DNA from: a virus
Taxonomy: Duplodnaviria > Caudoviricetes
Reading direction: 5' to 3' (one strand)
Length of the DNA: 64,000 nucleotides
Virus record (IMG/VR): IMGVR_UViG_2908764845_000006
Coordinates: 47,991-111,990 of that record
In this document: positions 38,877 through 47,618 of the stretch, piece after piece
Numbering within the stretch: the first letter of the stretch is position 1
How the letters are laid out: every line of letters begins with the position of its first letter
Position numbers and translations under genes: made by a program
Notes under the pieces: model-generated
The model's input: only the letters and a program-made list of their open reading frames with translations
Database searches by the model: none
What the model was told of the DNA's origin: nothing

Positions 38877-39716
38877 ATGTCGATCATCAACACCACCATC
38901 CGTCCGGGCCGCATCGTCGTGCTGCGGACCACGATCACCGGCAACGTCAACTACACCAAGTCGGTCATCGAGGCCGAGCGCGTCGAGGCGGACGGCGCCA
39001 AGCGCGCCAAATGGGAGACCGAGCGCGTCGTCATCAACCCGGACGAATACGAGGAGGCCACCACGCTGCGCGACAAGGTCCGGCAGACCATCGCCGGCCT
39101 GTGCATCAAGACCACCTTCGGCCTGCTCTGCTCGGAGGAGAAGGTCGAGAAGCTCGAAGCCGCGTTCACCGAGGCGCGCCGGCTCGCCGACGAGTTCAAC
39201 GGCCGCGCCTCCACGACCCAGATCAACGTGTTCGTGATCGCGGGCCGGGTGGCAGCCGATGACGTCGAGGCGATGCGGGCGATCAACTCGGAGGTCCGCG
39301 AGCTGATGCAGGACATGGAGACCGGCCTGCAGAACCTCGATGCGAAGGCGGTGCGCGATGCCGCCAAGAAAGCGCGGCTGCTCGGCTCGATGCTCTCCGA
39401 CGACGCATCGGAGCGGGTCAAGCAGGCCATCGAGACCGCCCGCAAGGCGGCCAACGACATGGTCAAGGCCGCTGAGACGAGCTCGGCCGAGATCGACCTG
39501 CAGGCGATCCGCAAGATCACGGAGAGCCGCACCGCGTTCCTCGACATCACCGGCGACAACGTCGAGATCGCGGCTCCCGTGCACGGCGCCCGCGCGCTCG
39601 ACTTCGAGCCGACCGAGGGCCAGGGGCCCGCGTCCGCGCCCGAGGTCGACGAGGAGGTCGCGCCGATCGCTCCGGCCGCCCCGGCCGTCAAGGTGCCGCA
39701 GCTCGAGATGGACTAA
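38877..39716 (+). CDS. helical hypothetical protein (AAA-associated)
   Basis: Hairpin and AAGGAGACC upstream; coiled-coil character. Confidence 0.75.
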   Translation: MSIINTTIRPGRIVVLRTTITGNVNYTKSVIEAERVEADGAKRAKWETERVVINPDEYEEATTLRDKVRQTIAGLCIKTTFGLLCSEEKVEKLEAAFTEARRLADEFNGRASTTQINVFVIAGRVAADDVEAMRAINSEVRELMQDMETGLQNLDAKAVRDAAKKARLLGSMLSDDASERVKQAIETARKAANDMVKAAETSSAEIDLQAIRKITESRTAFLDITGDNVEIAAPVHGARALDFEPTEGQGPASAPEVDEEVAPIAPAAPAVKVPQLEMD

Positions 39717-39788
39717 CGACAACGACCCCGGCGGGCTTCGCAGGCCCGCCGGCTTCGCTTCAAACCCCAACATTTCAAGGAGACCAAC

Positions 39789-40133
39789 ATGGCTTGTGAC
39801 ACATGGCGTGCCAACGAGAACCAGACCCTTACCGAGCGCAAGGAAGAGATCAAGCGCGTGATCGACCTCGTCGCGCAGGAGATCGTCAAGGGCCGCGTCA
39901 AGCCCAAGGTGGGCGCGCAGGGCGCGATCACCTTCGAGGGACTGGACGCCGTCACCGACCGGCGCGGCGTCACCGACGCCTGCGTCTACCGCCGGATCAT
40001 GTCGACCGGATCGGCAATGGCGAAGCAGCAGCTCGCCCGCGCCGAGCAACTGGCCGGACGCCGCGTCGATGCGAAGGCGCTCGCCGGCGGCCACCACTCT
40101 CACGATGGAGGCAAGACATGGCACAAGCATTGA
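39789..40133 (+). CDS. hypothetical protein (AAA-associated)
   Basis: Hairpin and AAGGAGACC upstream; His-rich C-terminus. Confidence 0.7.
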   Translation: MACDTWRANENQTLTERKEEIKRVIDLVAQEIVKGRVKPKVGAQGAITFEGLDAVTDRRGVTDACVYRRIMSTGSAMAKQQLARAEQLAGRRVDAKALAGGHHSHDGGKTWHKH

Positions 40134-40283
40134 AGCGCGGTGACGCTGTCGTCTGGCGCGTGTCGCTTGGCGTCGCCTTTCCCGGAGAGGTCGACACAGT
40201 GCGGGGCAACGACGTCTACGTCCTGTTCCCAAATCGTGAGCGGCCCACGGGCGGTCACTGGCTGACCAGCGAAGAGCTGCAGC

Positions 40284-40553
40284 ATGAGCGCTGACCGAGA
40301 CGGCTTCCTCGTGCAGGACCGGCCGTGCTCGACCTGCATCTATCGCAAGGACAGCCCGCTCGATCTAAAAAAACTCGAAGCCGACGTCGCCAATAAGCAC
40401 GGCGGCTTCGAGGGCTATCGCGTCTGTCACCACTCGAACGACGCATGCTGCCGCGGCTTCTGGAACCGGCACAAGGACAAGTTCGCCATAGGGCAGATCG
40501 CCCAGCGGCTTGGCTTCGTGCGGTTCGTCCGCGACGACACTCTCAAAGACTGA
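40284..40553 (+). CDS. Cys/His-rich small protein
   Basis: PCSTCIYR...CHH...CRGF. Confidence 0.6.
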   Translation: MSADRDGFLVQDRPCSTCIYRKDSPLDLKKLEADVANKHGGFEGYRVCHHSNDACCRGFWNRHKDKFAIGQIAQRLGFVRFVRDDTLKD

Positions 40554-40598
40554 CACCCCACCGCCTGTTCGCAGCAGGCGCATTCAAGGAGACCATCA

Positions 40599-40799
40599 AT
40601 GTCTGACGTAAGCTACGGCCCTTCACGGGCACAACGAGTGCTGGACCGTCACCGAGCCGACACCGGCCTCGAAGGCGATCAGGAGATCATGCTTACCCAC
40701 CTGCTCGGCGACATCATCGAGTGGTGCGATGCTCACAAGGTCGACTTCGACCTCGTCGTGCAGAGCACCCGCGAGATGCTGAGGGATGCCGCATCATGA
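40599..40799 (+). CDS. hypothetical protein
   Basis: Hairpin and AAGGAGACC upstream; LLGDIIEWC resembles the 23073 gene. Confidence 0.65.
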   Translation: MSDVSYGPSRAQRVLDRHRADTGLEGDQEIMLTHLLGDIIEWCDAHKVDFDLVVQSTREMLRDAAS

Positions 40800-40993
40800 G
40801 CGAGAAGAGCGTCATCGAGGACATCATCGAAGCCGCAGCCAAGCACGGCCGCGAGAGTGAGCCCGACCACGAGGTGGGCGACCTGCAGGACCTGCTGCGG
40901 GTGGCGTGGAAGATCATGGAGCCGCGGCAGCGCATCCGGTTCTGGAACCACGACACGACGACAGAGCTGCTCAAAGAGTGGGGAGGCATGTGA
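40796..40993 (+). CDS. hypothetical protein
   Basis: ATGA overlap; EPDHEVGDLQD. Confidence 0.6.
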   Translation: MSEKSVIEDIIEAAAKHGRESEPDHEVGDLQDLLRVAWKIMEPRQRIRFWNHDTTTELLKEWGGM

Positions 40994-41390
40994 TGGCCTT
41001 CCAGTACAACGGCGACAAGTGCCCGAAGTGCCGGCGCTACATGATCGTGGCTCCGCCCATCCCGGCGAACTCGAACGATCAGGTCAAGTGCCAGGTCTGC
41101 GGCCATCAAGGCACGCTCGACGAGTTCGCCGAGGCATACGACCGCGACTTCCCGGAGGACGAATGACCAAGTCCCCCGAGCAGTGGCTCGCTTTTGGCGC
41201 TGGCGGCCAACTTCCTCAGCGCCGCGCGTCTCAGCGGCGAAGAGCGGCGGCAAGCCCAGTCGATTGCCGCCGGCCTGCAGGAGCGCGCCCAGCACAGTCG
41301 CGAGCGTGCCGCGCAGGCCCCCAAGACGGAGGGCGTCATCGGCATCGCTGACGCCCTCAAGCGAAGCGCGAAGTAACAGAGGAGATCATC

Positions 41391-41606
41391 GTGCGCTTCT
41401 ATCAAGTCCACCGTCTCGCCGAAGGCGGCCAGAGCGCCGGCTACGAATACTTCACCAGTAAGCGGGCCGCCGATCGGGCCGTCTCGGATTGGAGGGACGA
41501 CGATCTCGAACAGATCGCCAACGTTGAGCCGATCGACATCACGCCGACGAGGGCCGGCATCCTGCTGGCCCTCAATACCTACGCCAACCACGCCGACAAC
41601 GGCTGA
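41391..41606 (+). CDS. hypothetical protein
   Basis: GAGGAGA RBS. Confidence 0.6.
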   Translation: MRFYQVHRLAEGGQSAGYEYFTSKRAADRAVSDWRDDDLEQIANVEPIDITPTRAGILLALNTYANHADNG

Positions 41607-41650
41607 CCCCGGCCCGTTCGCAGCGGGCTTCAACAAGGAGACCAAAGACC

Positions 41651-42196
41651 ATGACGACACGTAAGCAGATGCTCGGTCGCGATCTCGCGACCACCCTCGA
41701 CGGGATCACCCCTCCGCAGGAGCAGTTCATCGGGGCGGAGCAGAAGCGGCTCTACGAGCAGGAGGAGAAGCGCAACGACGCCATCAACGCCTGCGCCAAG
41801 GAGTGGGCTCGCATCTTCAAGGTCGACGGCGCCGACCTGTGGACCCGGACGATGCCGCAGGCGCTGTTCGACACGCTGGAGGGCTTCTCGCCGCAATGCG
41901 CCATCGTGGCGGCCGAGGCGTTCCTCAAGCAGTTCGGATGGAAGATCGAGCGGCCGGGCGACGAGACGCGCGCCGACGCCGTGCACGAGGCCCTCACCGG
42001 CCTCGTCGACGAGGTGGAGAAGCTCTACCACCGCGCACCGCGTGAGAGCGACCTGCCCCATGAGCCCGGCGTCTACGCCGCCAACATGCCGGACAGTCAA
42101 CGGTGGTCCTGCCCGTACCACCCGAACGAGATCGCCGAGCACATCCGCTCGAAGATCGACGGCATCGTCGAGATCGCGGTCAATCCCGCTCGCTGA
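41651..42196 (+). CDS. hypothetical protein
   Basis: Hairpin and AAGGAGACC upstream. Confidence 0.7.
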   Translation: MTTRKQMLGRDLATTLDGITPPQEQFIGAEQKRLYEQEEKRNDAINACAKEWARIFKVDGADLWTRTMPQALFDTLEGFSPQCAIVAAEAFLKQFGWKIERPGDETRADAVHEALTGLVDEVEKLYHRAPRESDLPHEPGVYAANMPDSQRWSCPYHPNEIAEHIRSKIDGIVEIAVNPAR

Positions 42197-42325
42197 AATA
42201 AAGGTGGGGCTGGAGTTCGCAGCTCCAGCCCCGGCTCAAGGGAGGTAAACCGCCAAGGAGACCATCCACGGGGTCCATCAACCAAGAGCATCCACATCAC
42301 CTAACACAAACAAGGAGACCTTCAA

Positions 42326-42609
42326 GTGACCAACACCGAAACGGTGCAAGAACAGCTGGGGATACTGTCTGGGTCCTCGTCATTGACACCCGGCACGGAA
42401 CCGACGTGGAGACCTTCAAGACAAGGGAGGCCGCGGACAAGCACCTCTACGACTATTGCGACGAGTGGTGGGATCGCGAGTTCGGCGCCGCCAGCCGGCC
42501 ATCGGACGACAATCTGGTCGAAGCCTACTGGAATCGCATGAGCGACGAGGGCGAGGAGTGGTACGTGCTGGAGGAATGTAAAGTGAAGAGCCTCGAGGTC
42601 ACCGAGTAG
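42326..42609 (+). pseudogene. frameshifted acidic hypothetical gene
   Basis: AAGGAGACC start; the plausible protein continues in another frame after the G-run at 42358-42361. Confidence 0.55.
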
Positions 42610-42759
42610 GACCTCGCAAAGGAATTGGGCGCGGCGACTTCGCAGGTCGCCACGCCCAATCATAAGCGCCTGCCGATCCCAAGGAGACCATCCCCACGAC
42701 CGGCGTCGCTTTCAAATGCAACATAAGGAGGAGCAATTGAGATTGCTATACGCGAAACG

Positions 42760-43140
42760 ATGACAGTTCGGTCCTACACGATCCTGGAAATGCTGGGCGC
42801 CGTGCGACGGCTCCCAGCGCAGATGCCCGAGTCGGACACCCTTCCGACCGGCGGTTATCAGACCCACCAGCAGCACTGGGTCACATGGCTAAGCGAGTAC
42901 GACGGTCCCGGTGGATACGGCCGGAACAGCTGGGATGTTGACGCGAGGTCGGTCTACGCGCGCCTCTGCAACGCCTACATGATCGTCTATCTCAACGAGG
43001 CGGCCGGCGCCGATCCGGCCGCGATCCGGCAGACGATCCGGGAGATATTCGCGAAGGGCAACAATCGCGCCCAGACCGAAGCCAAGATCGCCCGCGAGCG
43101 CCATCCATGGGACGGGCTGACCAAACTACTGTTCCGATAG
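42760..43140 (+). CDS. hypothetical protein
   Basis: QHWVTWLSEYDGPGGYGR. Confidence 0.65.
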   Translation: MTVRSYTILEMLGAVRRLPAQMPESDTLPTGGYQTHQQHWVTWLSEYDGPGGYGRNSWDVDARSVYARLCNAYMIVYLNEAAGADPAAIRQTIREIFAKGNNRAQTEAKIARERHPWDGLTKLLFR

Positions 43141-43187
43141 CATTCCGAAAAAGGCCAAGGGCCCCGGCGGGTTAGTCCCTGCCGGGG

Positions 43188-43580
43188 TCACTCCCGACCG
43201 GTGACGGCGTCCAGCCAGTGCCAGTCGCGACACGGAACCACCTTCCTTGAGGCGGCTGGGTCCGCCGTCTTTCGCCTCCTCACCATCAGACCCCGCGGAC
43301 GCCGCCCGCTCGGCTTCGCGTTTAGCTCCGGAACGATCTCGCGGATCAGTTCCGCCTCGCGCTCCCTCAGCTCTGACGGATCGCATTCGAGCAGGATTTC
43401 CAACGTCGGATACCCCCATTCATCGAAGGCCCGCTGAACGTCGCGCGTATGCCGACCTTCGCGCATGTCCTTACGATGCAGTGAGAATCTCGTCCCGACG
43501 TTCGTAGAACATCCAATGTACCGCGCCCCTCCCCTGAACCGCAGCAAGTAGACCCCGCAAACGACCGTCTCGCGCGCCAT
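43188..43580 (-). CDS. GIY-YIG nuclease family protein
   Basis: GVY...YIG.S...R...H...E...LN motifs. Confidence 0.8.
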   Translation of the reverse strand: MARETVVCGVYLLRFRGGARYIGCSTNVGTRFSLHRKDMREGRHTRDVQRAFDEWGYPTLEILLECDPSELREREAELIREIVPELNAKPSGRRPRGLMVRRRKTADPAASRKVVPCRDWHWLDAVTGRE

Positions 43581-43632
43581 GTTTTTTTGCTCTTCCGTAG
43601 GTATTTAGGTATTCCAAAAAGAGGTATCTCGG

Positions 43633-43657
43633 TATAGGTAAGCATTGCTTACCTATA
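43633..43657. repeat. AT-rich 25-bp palindrome
   Basis: TATAGGTAAGCA-T-TGCTTACCTATA. Confidence 0.85.
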
Positions 43658-43667
43658 TGGCCGTTTT

Positions 43668-43930
43668 AAGGGCCGTACAGGGCCCCGGGGCCGGGCCCGG
43701 CCCCTTGGTAGCACCGGGCCTGTTTTAACGCGCCCTTGCCTGCCCTCCCGGCCACGGTTCCGGGGCCCTAAAGTAAGGCTAGCTGCCATTCCGGGGCCCG
43801 GCCCCCGGGGCCGGTTCCTGCCCGGTTCCATAGGGGCCCGGGGGCCGGTTCCCTGCCCGTTTCCGGGCCCTGCCCGGGCCCCCTACGGGGGCCGGGGGCC
43901 GGTCCGGTTCTGCCAATGCTTCCCGGCCCT
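43668..43930. repeat. GGGCCC/CCGGG-rich low-complexity block (right)
   Basis: Same words and strand bias as the 17.5-kb block (GGGGGCCGGTTCCCT, TTAACGCGC and CCCTGCCCGGGC shared). Confidence 0.8.
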
Positions 43931-44328
43931 GTACCGTGATTCCATACCGCCGATATTTGGCGATGTGCACCAATCCCCGACGACACAGGTCCGAGCCGAC
44001 GCGAAGGCCCATCGCGATGGTGGCGCCTTCCGGCAGCAACAGCGTGAGGAAGCGACGCTCGCGCGGTGTCAGCTTCATCCGATCCCTCCCGCCGCTTCGA
44101 TTGCACTCCGCTTGAGACGATCCCAGACGCGCCACCAACGCGCGTCGAAGTGGACGCCGGCCTCGGGGCCGTATCGCCGCCACTGACGACGCAGCCGGCC
44201 CCAGACGCGGCGCTGGGCCAGCGGGACCGCCTTCCAGTGTTTGCCGCAGATCCACTGCACGTCGACACCGTTTCGACCTGGCTTCGTTGTGCGCCGGCAG
44301 AACGGCACAAGGCATCGCACCCGATCCG

Positions 44329-44583
44329 TCATGGCACGATGCCCTCCGCGATCAGCCGCTCGCGCACCTGCGGCCAGGACCAACCCTGCGGATGGCCGCG
44401 CCGGTGCCAGTTCGCGTAGGAGAGCTGCAGCTCCCGGTTGACGCGGACGCCGTACCAGCGCCGCTTCTGCTCCTTGACGCAGGTCTTGCAGCGGAGGCGG
44501 ATGCCGCCGCGGGTCTCGCGGCAGCGTTCCTCGCGAACGTGGTCACCGATCAGCGGATGGCCCTTGCGACACATTGCCGGCAT
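44329..44583 (-). CDS. small Cys/His zinc-binding protein
   Basis: CRKGH...RCKTC. Confidence 0.55.
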   Translation of the reverse strand: MPAMCRKGHPLIGDHVREERCRETRGGIRLRCKTCVKEQKRRWYGVRVNRELQLSYANWHRRGHPQGWSWPQVRERLIAEGIVP

Positions 44584-44821
44584 CAGCTGATGACCCATTC
44601 CGCGCCGGTCCAGATGATGCGGACCATCTCGGTCGGCAGCATCGCGCCCGGGTCGCCCGGCAATGGCCCCCACCCGATGATGTAGCGCCACTCGCCGACA
44701 ACCGGGATGCGAGCCATGTCGACTGACCGCATCTCGTAGGTCACGGCGCGCTCACCGCTGTTGAGCGCCTTGATCTGATCGGCTGCGGTGATGGCGTCGC
44801 CGACACGCTCCAACAGCGTTG

Positions 44822-45535
44822 TCATGCCACGCTCTCCTTCCACGCCTTCACGCACTCCGGCACGATCGGCTCGATCAGCTGCAGCATCGCCTCGGCATAG
44901 ACCCGGATCTCGTATTGAGAATGCGAGTGATGGCGCAGCGTGAGGAACTTCATCAGGTTCAGCAGGTCAACGCTCGCGAACTGGTGCGAGTATGTCGCGA
45001 ACGGGAGAATGATCCGCGCGAGCTCGCGCGGCATCCCCTCGGCCAGGTGCTTGCGGTAGAGCGCGAAGCCTTGCTCCATGTAGGAGCGCTGCTCATCCTC
45101 CCAGCGCAGAAATTTTTGCCACTCCTCCGCCGAATACCCGTCGACGCCACCGATGTCGCGGACCTGCTTGTTCACCTTGCTCTGCGTGCCGTAATGCTCC
45201 GGCTTCGGCACATAGAACTCCTCGGGGAGCTCGGTGTACCGGGCGGACACTTCGTTGTATGCCCACGTGCGATGCCGGTGCCATTGCCGGAACACGAAGA
45301 TCGGCGCCTTCACCTCGAAGGTGAACGTCACCGCCTCGAACGGCGAGGTGTGGTGGTTGCGCCAGAGATAGCGGATCAGCCGATGGTCACTGCCGGTGTC
45401 CTCGCCGGCGCGCCATGCCGCGTCGTAAGACACGCGGGCGGCGCGGACCACGGACAGGTCGCTGCCCATGCTGTCGACCAGGCGCGCGTAGCCATGGTCG
45501 AGGACGTCGATCTTATTGGACGGATTGTCGTTCAC
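44822..45535 (-). CDS. thyX: FAD-dependent thymidylate synthase
   Basis: HTSPFE and PIFVFRQWHRHR...NEVSARY signature; AAGGAGACC before GTG. Confidence 0.93.
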   Translation of the reverse strand: MNDNPSNKIDVLDHGYARLVDSMGSDLSVVRAARVSYDAAWRAGEDTGSDHRLIRYLWRNHHTSPFEAVTFTFEVKAPIFVFRQWHRHRTWAYNEVSARYTELPEEFYVPKPEHYGTQSKVNKQVRDIGGVDGYSAEEWQKFLRWEDEQRSYMEQGFALYRKHLAEGMPRELARIILPFATYSHQFASVDLLNLMKFLTLRHHSHSQYEIRVYAEAMLQLIEPIVPECVKAWKESVA

Positions 45536-45791
45536 TGTTGGTCTCCTTGGTTTTGGTCTTGCCAAACTGGCCGTGCGAAGCGCCCCGTTTGGCAGGTTCT
45601 GCGTATTCGAGAGTGGTCCAGCGGAAGCCGCAGCCGAGACATTCCCGGCGGCGGCGCATCGTGCGGGTCCGCGTCGAGCGTCCATTGACGAGGACGTGCG
45701 AATGGATCACGCGAGATTCGATGACGCGGGACGGGACCAGCTTGCGCGGTCCCGGCTTGCTCGGCTTGCAGCGCATGCAGATGATCGACAT
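45513..45791 (-). CDS. NrdR N-terminal zinc-ribbon-like protein (no ATP cone)
   Basis: SRVIESR...RRRRECLGCGFRWTTLE. Confidence 0.7.
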   Translation of the reverse strand: MSIICMRCKPSKPGPRKLVPSRVIESRVIHSHVLVNGRSTRTRTMRRRRECLGCGFRWTTLEYAEPAKRGASHGQFGKTKTKETNSERQSVQ

Positions 45792-46156
45792 CAGAAGTCG
45801 CTCTGCTCCGCCTCCTCGGCCTCAATCCGAGTGATCGCCCACTTGAGATAGTTGGCGAGGTCGAGCGCCTCCTCGTAGGCGTGCTGCAGCCGGCCGCGGA
45901 GCGAGAAGTTCGGCTGCTCGCCGAGCGTCTTGCCGTACTTGGCGATGCCGAGCTGGGAGCGCTGCAGCAGGTCGGTGCGGACCGCGTCGATGACGCTGTC
46001 GCGCCGCGCCTCGACGTGACCGCACTCGTTGCGAACCAGCACGCCGTCGACGACGATGGTGAGCGGGAGATTGTAGGAGTTCTCACGCTCTTTGATGATG
46101 CGGCCGTTCTCGATGACGAGGTCGGCGCTGTTGTATAGTTGGGTATTGCCTCTCAT
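45791..46156 (-). CDS. all-alpha NTP pyrophosphatase-like phage protein
   Basis: GIAKYGKTL...HAYEEALDLANY. Confidence 0.55.
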   Translation of the reverse strand: MRGNTQLYNSADLVIENGRIIKERENSYNLPLTIVVDGVLVRNECGHVEARRDSVIDAVRTDLLQRSQLGIAKYGKTLGEQPNFSLRGRLQHAYEEALDLANYLKWAITRIEAEEAEQSDF

Positions 46157-46172
46157 TCTGGTCTCCTTGGGG

Positions 46173-46427
46173 TTAGACGTTGATCGGGCCGTTCGCGATC
46201 GCCCGGGCCCATCTCGGGTCGGTGTCGCGACAGCTGGGCCGCCCGCGCTTCTCGGGCCTGCGAAGCCCGAGGACGGAGGCGGAGGTGGCGGCATAGCGGG
46301 GGTGCAATCCCTCCGCCCTGCATGCTTCAGCGGAGGCCGCTGGCCCCTGCTCCATGTGGATCGCGACGAGCTCGAGCTCGCGCTTGAGCGAGACCTTGCG
46401 GCGTCGATTGTGTCCGGTCTGGACCAT
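46173..46427 (-). CDS. small basic, possibly HTH protein
   Basis: Hairpin and AAGGAGACC upstream. Confidence 0.5.
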   Translation of the reverse strand: MVQTGHNRRRKVSLKRELELVAIHMEQGPAASAEACRAEGLHPRYAATSASVLGLRRPEKRGRPSCRDTDPRWARAIANGPINV

Positions 46428-46477
46428 GATCGGTCTCCTTGTGCTGCCCTGCTGCGAACAGGGGGTTGGGTGAGGCG

Positions 46478-47164
46478 TTAGCGGGGATCTCCCTTGATCT
46501 CGATGGCGCCAATCGGCCCACCTGGCTGGTCGTCATCGAATACGCCGACGACCAGCCGGCCAGTGTGATAGGCGCGGGTGTCGAGGTTGGTGCGGCCCTT
46601 GAAGAGCTTGGGGCCGTCCTCGAAGTAATCGTGGCCGTGCACGACGTGGAGGTCGCGATAGCCGTCCTCGGCGCCAACCGGATAGCGCGACCAGAGCAGC
46701 AACTCGGTGCCCTGCTGCTCCAGCGGCACGCCCTGCTTGACGTAGGCGTGCACGAACACGCGGTGCGCGTCGACGTGATACAGCGGCAGCTGGTCCATCC
46801 AGTCGATGTGCGCCTCCGGTACGACGGTCGGGTCGTAGTCGCCGTACCTCACATGACCGTACGACATCAGCGTGGTGCCGCCGCCATTGGTGATCCACCA
46901 GTTGTGATCCAGCGGCTTGCGCAGGGTCTGGACCATCATGTCCTCGTGGTTGCCCTTGAGGCAGATGAATGGCAGGCCGCGCGCCTGCGCCTCCATCAGC
47001 GTCTCGATGATGCCTTTGCTCTGCGGGCCACGGTCGATGTAGTCGCCGAGCGTGATGATCTTGTGCTTCACGCCCTTGGCGTGGGCCTTGATGGACCACA
47101 GGGCGCGCTCGAGAAGATCGTAGCGGCCGTGCAGGTCCGCGATTGCATAGGTCCTTGACGTCAT
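46478..47164 (-). CDS. metallophosphoesterase (NinI-like Ser/Thr phosphatase)
   Basis: DLHG, GDYIDRG, GNHE and VHGH motifs. Confidence 0.9.
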   Translation of the reverse strand: MTSRTYAIADLHGRYDLLERALWSIKAHAKGVKHKIITLGDYIDRGPQSKGIIETLMEAQARGLPFICLKGNHEDMMVQTLRKPLDHNWWITNGGGTTLMSYGHVRYGDYDPTVVPEAHIDWMDQLPLYHVDAHRVFVHAYVKQGVPLEQQGTELLLWSRYPVGAEDGYRDLHVVHGHDYFEDGPKLFKGRTNLDTRAYHTGRLVVGVFDDDQPGGPIGAIEIKGDPR

Positions 47165-47165
47165 T

Positions 47166-47618
47166 TCAACCCCTCACCCGAACACGATCGCGGCGCAGGC
47201 CGCGCGAGATGATCTTGAGGCCGTACAGCACCCATTGCGGGATTTCAGCCTCGTCGATGGAATAGGTCTTGGCGGCCCAGAAGCCGACGGACTGGGCCAC
47301 GTCGTCCGGCTCGTGCTTGAAGTAGCGCGGCATCCAGCCGAGCGCCTCCTCGCACAACTCGATCTCGATGCCGGACGGCGGGATGCGCTGGCGGTTCTGC
47401 TCGCGCTCCCATGCCTCCAGCTGCCCAGCCTCCTGCAGCTCGCGCTTGAACGCGAACAGCTCCGCCGCCGTCATCGCCTCGAAGCGCGGCCAGGCCGTGC
47501 CGAACTGCTTCGGCCAGATCCGCATCGGCGTGCGGCGCACGACCGAGGCGGCCTCGATCAACCGGCTGCCAACCAGACCATAATGCCAGACCCGCTCATG
47601 AAGGTTCAGGTTCACCAT
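47166..47618 (-). CDS. hypothetical protein
   Basis: ATG overlaps the primase-helicase stop. Confidence 0.6.
   Translation of the reverse strand: MVNLNLHERVWHYGLVGSRLIEAASVVRRTPMRIWPKQFGTAWPRFEAMTAAELFAFKRELQEAGQLEAWEREQNRQRIPPSGIEIELCEEALGWMPRYFKHEPDDVAQSVGFWAAKTYSIDEAEIPQWVLYGLKIISRGLRRDRVRVRG

Larger units (their letters stand above)
18886..42660 (+). repeat. 20 dispersed TTCGCAG-loop hairpins (first copy TTCGCAT) with AAGGAGACC start-associated sequences
   Basis: Loops start at 18893, 19888, 21036, 24348, 24781, 27651, 28271, 30649, 31697, 32033, 33898, 34381, 35477, 36771, 38840, 39737, 40568, 41617, 42216, 42639. Confidence 0.95.
45560..46464 (-). repeat. three minus-strand TTCGCA(G/C) hairpins upstream of AAGGAGACC
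   Basis: Loops at 45573-45579 (TTCGCAC), 46258-46264 and 46452-46458. Confidence 0.8.

Noticed and set aside
30685-40232. Long minus-strand ORFs (e.g. 30685-32001, 31887-33296, 38853-40232)
   Set aside because: Antisense shadows of real plus-strand genes, expected with high GC3 codon usage.
18886-42660. TTCGCAG hairpins as a CRISPR array or integron attC sites
   Set aside because: Stems are not sequence-identical, the intervening DNA is whole genes of variable size, and no cas genes are present. There are no RYYYAAC/GTTRRRY ends and the integrase is phage-type, not IntI.
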